45,312 bases of DNA from Veterinaerplatzvirus T145P1. The first letter of the stretch is position 1. Each line of letters starts with the position of its first letter. The stretch lies in the sequence record OZ035786.1, one strand, 5' to 3'. Made by a program: the position numbers and the translations under genes. The notes beneath the pieces were generated by a model. The model did no database searches. It had not been told where the DNA came from and was given only the letters and a program-made list of their open reading frames with translations. Positions 44,955 through 45,312 of the stretch are shown here, piece after piece.

Positions 44955-45031
44955 GCTCGAGTGGCGAAAGTGGATATCGCAAGAGACTTCTAATCTCTAG
45001 ATTGCTGGTTCGAATCCAGCCTCGAGCGCCA
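44955..45031 (+). tRNA. tRNA-Arg (anticodon UCU), CCA encoded
   Basis: Hand-folded cloverleaf: acceptor gctcgag/ctcgagc, D-stem gcga/tcgc, anticodon stem agaga/tctct with loop cttctaa, T-arm gctgg-ttcgaat-ccagc, discriminator g, CCA. Confidence 0.75.
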
Positions 45032-45046
45032 ATCAAGGAGTTCATT

Positions 45047-45229
45047 ATGTGGGATGTGAAGTTGTCCATTCGCTTAATGGGCCGCTCGTGCAATAGCTGC
45101 ACCCAAGATTATGTCGCGTCAGTTGCCGCAATCAGCGCTGAGGATGCGGTAGCGAAAGTAAAGGAGATGTCAGGCGCTGACCCTGACACTCACAAATTCC
45201 TGGTAGCTTACGTTCGTGAGCGAAAGTAA
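45047..45229 (+). CDS. hypothetical protein
   Basis: Track ORF start at 45002 lies inside the tRNA; in-frame ATG 45047 has SD aaggag 7 nt upstream; 60 aa. Confidence 0.45.
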   Translation: MWDVKLSIRLMGRSCNSCTQDYVASVAAISAEDAVAKVKEMSGADPDTHKFLVAYVRERK

Positions 45230-45273
45230 AAAGTGTTATACCCTCGTTAAGTTTCGTTTCTCTCGTTGTTTTT

Positions 45274-45297
45274 AGCCCTCGCTTGAGGGCTTTTTTT
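45274..45297 (+). terminator. rho-independent terminator
   Basis: agccctc-gctt-gagggct hairpin followed by T7. Confidence 0.8.
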
Positions 45298-45312
45298 CGT
45301 CTGCAATATGGT

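Noticed and set aside
45002-45229. Track start of the last ORF at 45002
   Set aside because: The first 30 nt are the 3' half of the tRNA-Arg; the start was moved to ATG 45047, which has an SD.
45233-45272. Sequence resembling the conserved CGAAACGA leader after the last gene
   Set aside because: The elements are in a different order and there is no upstream palindrome or -10 box; judged coincidental.
1-45312. CRISPR array, integrase/attachment site, rRNA, insertion sequence
   Set aside because: No spaced direct-repeat array, no recombinase-like ORF next to the tRNA, no rRNA-like region and no transposase-like ORF were seen; the genome looks virulent.

Overview
This window reads as most of a tailed-phage genome with the gene order of T1-like (Drexlerviridae-type) siphophages; that assignment is inferred from gene order and motifs, not from a database search. 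Left to right: (1) packaging, head and tail genes on the + strand (1-19.3 kb): terminase small and large subunits, portal, scaffold-like protein, major capsid, connector proteins, major tail protein, tail chaperones made by a -1 frameshift, tape measure, lambda M/L/K/I-like tail tip proteins and a J-like central fibre. (2) A reverse-strand pair downstream of J (19.3-20.5 kb): a putative receptor-binding protein and a small lipoprotein. (3) A recombination module (20.8-24.1 kb): PD-(D/E)XK exonuclease, Dam methyltransferase, Erf-like annealing protein, SSB. (4) A reverse-strand tailspike with a beta-helix depolymerase-like domain, then primase and an HTH protein. (5) Helicase, VRR-NUC nuclease, small genes, an HTH-metallophosphoesterase fusion, and a lysis cassette (holin, SAR endolysin, unimolecular spanin). 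(6) Two divergent blocks of small early genes (35-44 kb) and a tRNA-Arg(UCU). No integrase, repressor, CRISPR array or rRNA was found. The most striking non-coding signal is a promoter-like element present in about 16 copies: a TAGCA-N5-TGCTA palindrome a fixed 22 bp upstream of a TATAGT -10 box, followed by a CATCGAAACGA leader. Other signals are two copies of an AT-rich (TTA)n-containing repeat at the two divergent intergenic regions, several genes bracketed by their own promoter and terminator (morons), and a family of small paralogous early proteins. Product calls rest on motifs and position only. ORF-track starts at GTG/TTG were moved to an in-frame ATG with a Shine-Dalgarno where one exists. 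Coordinates of regulatory sites and of hand-translated small ORFs may be off by 1-2 nt.
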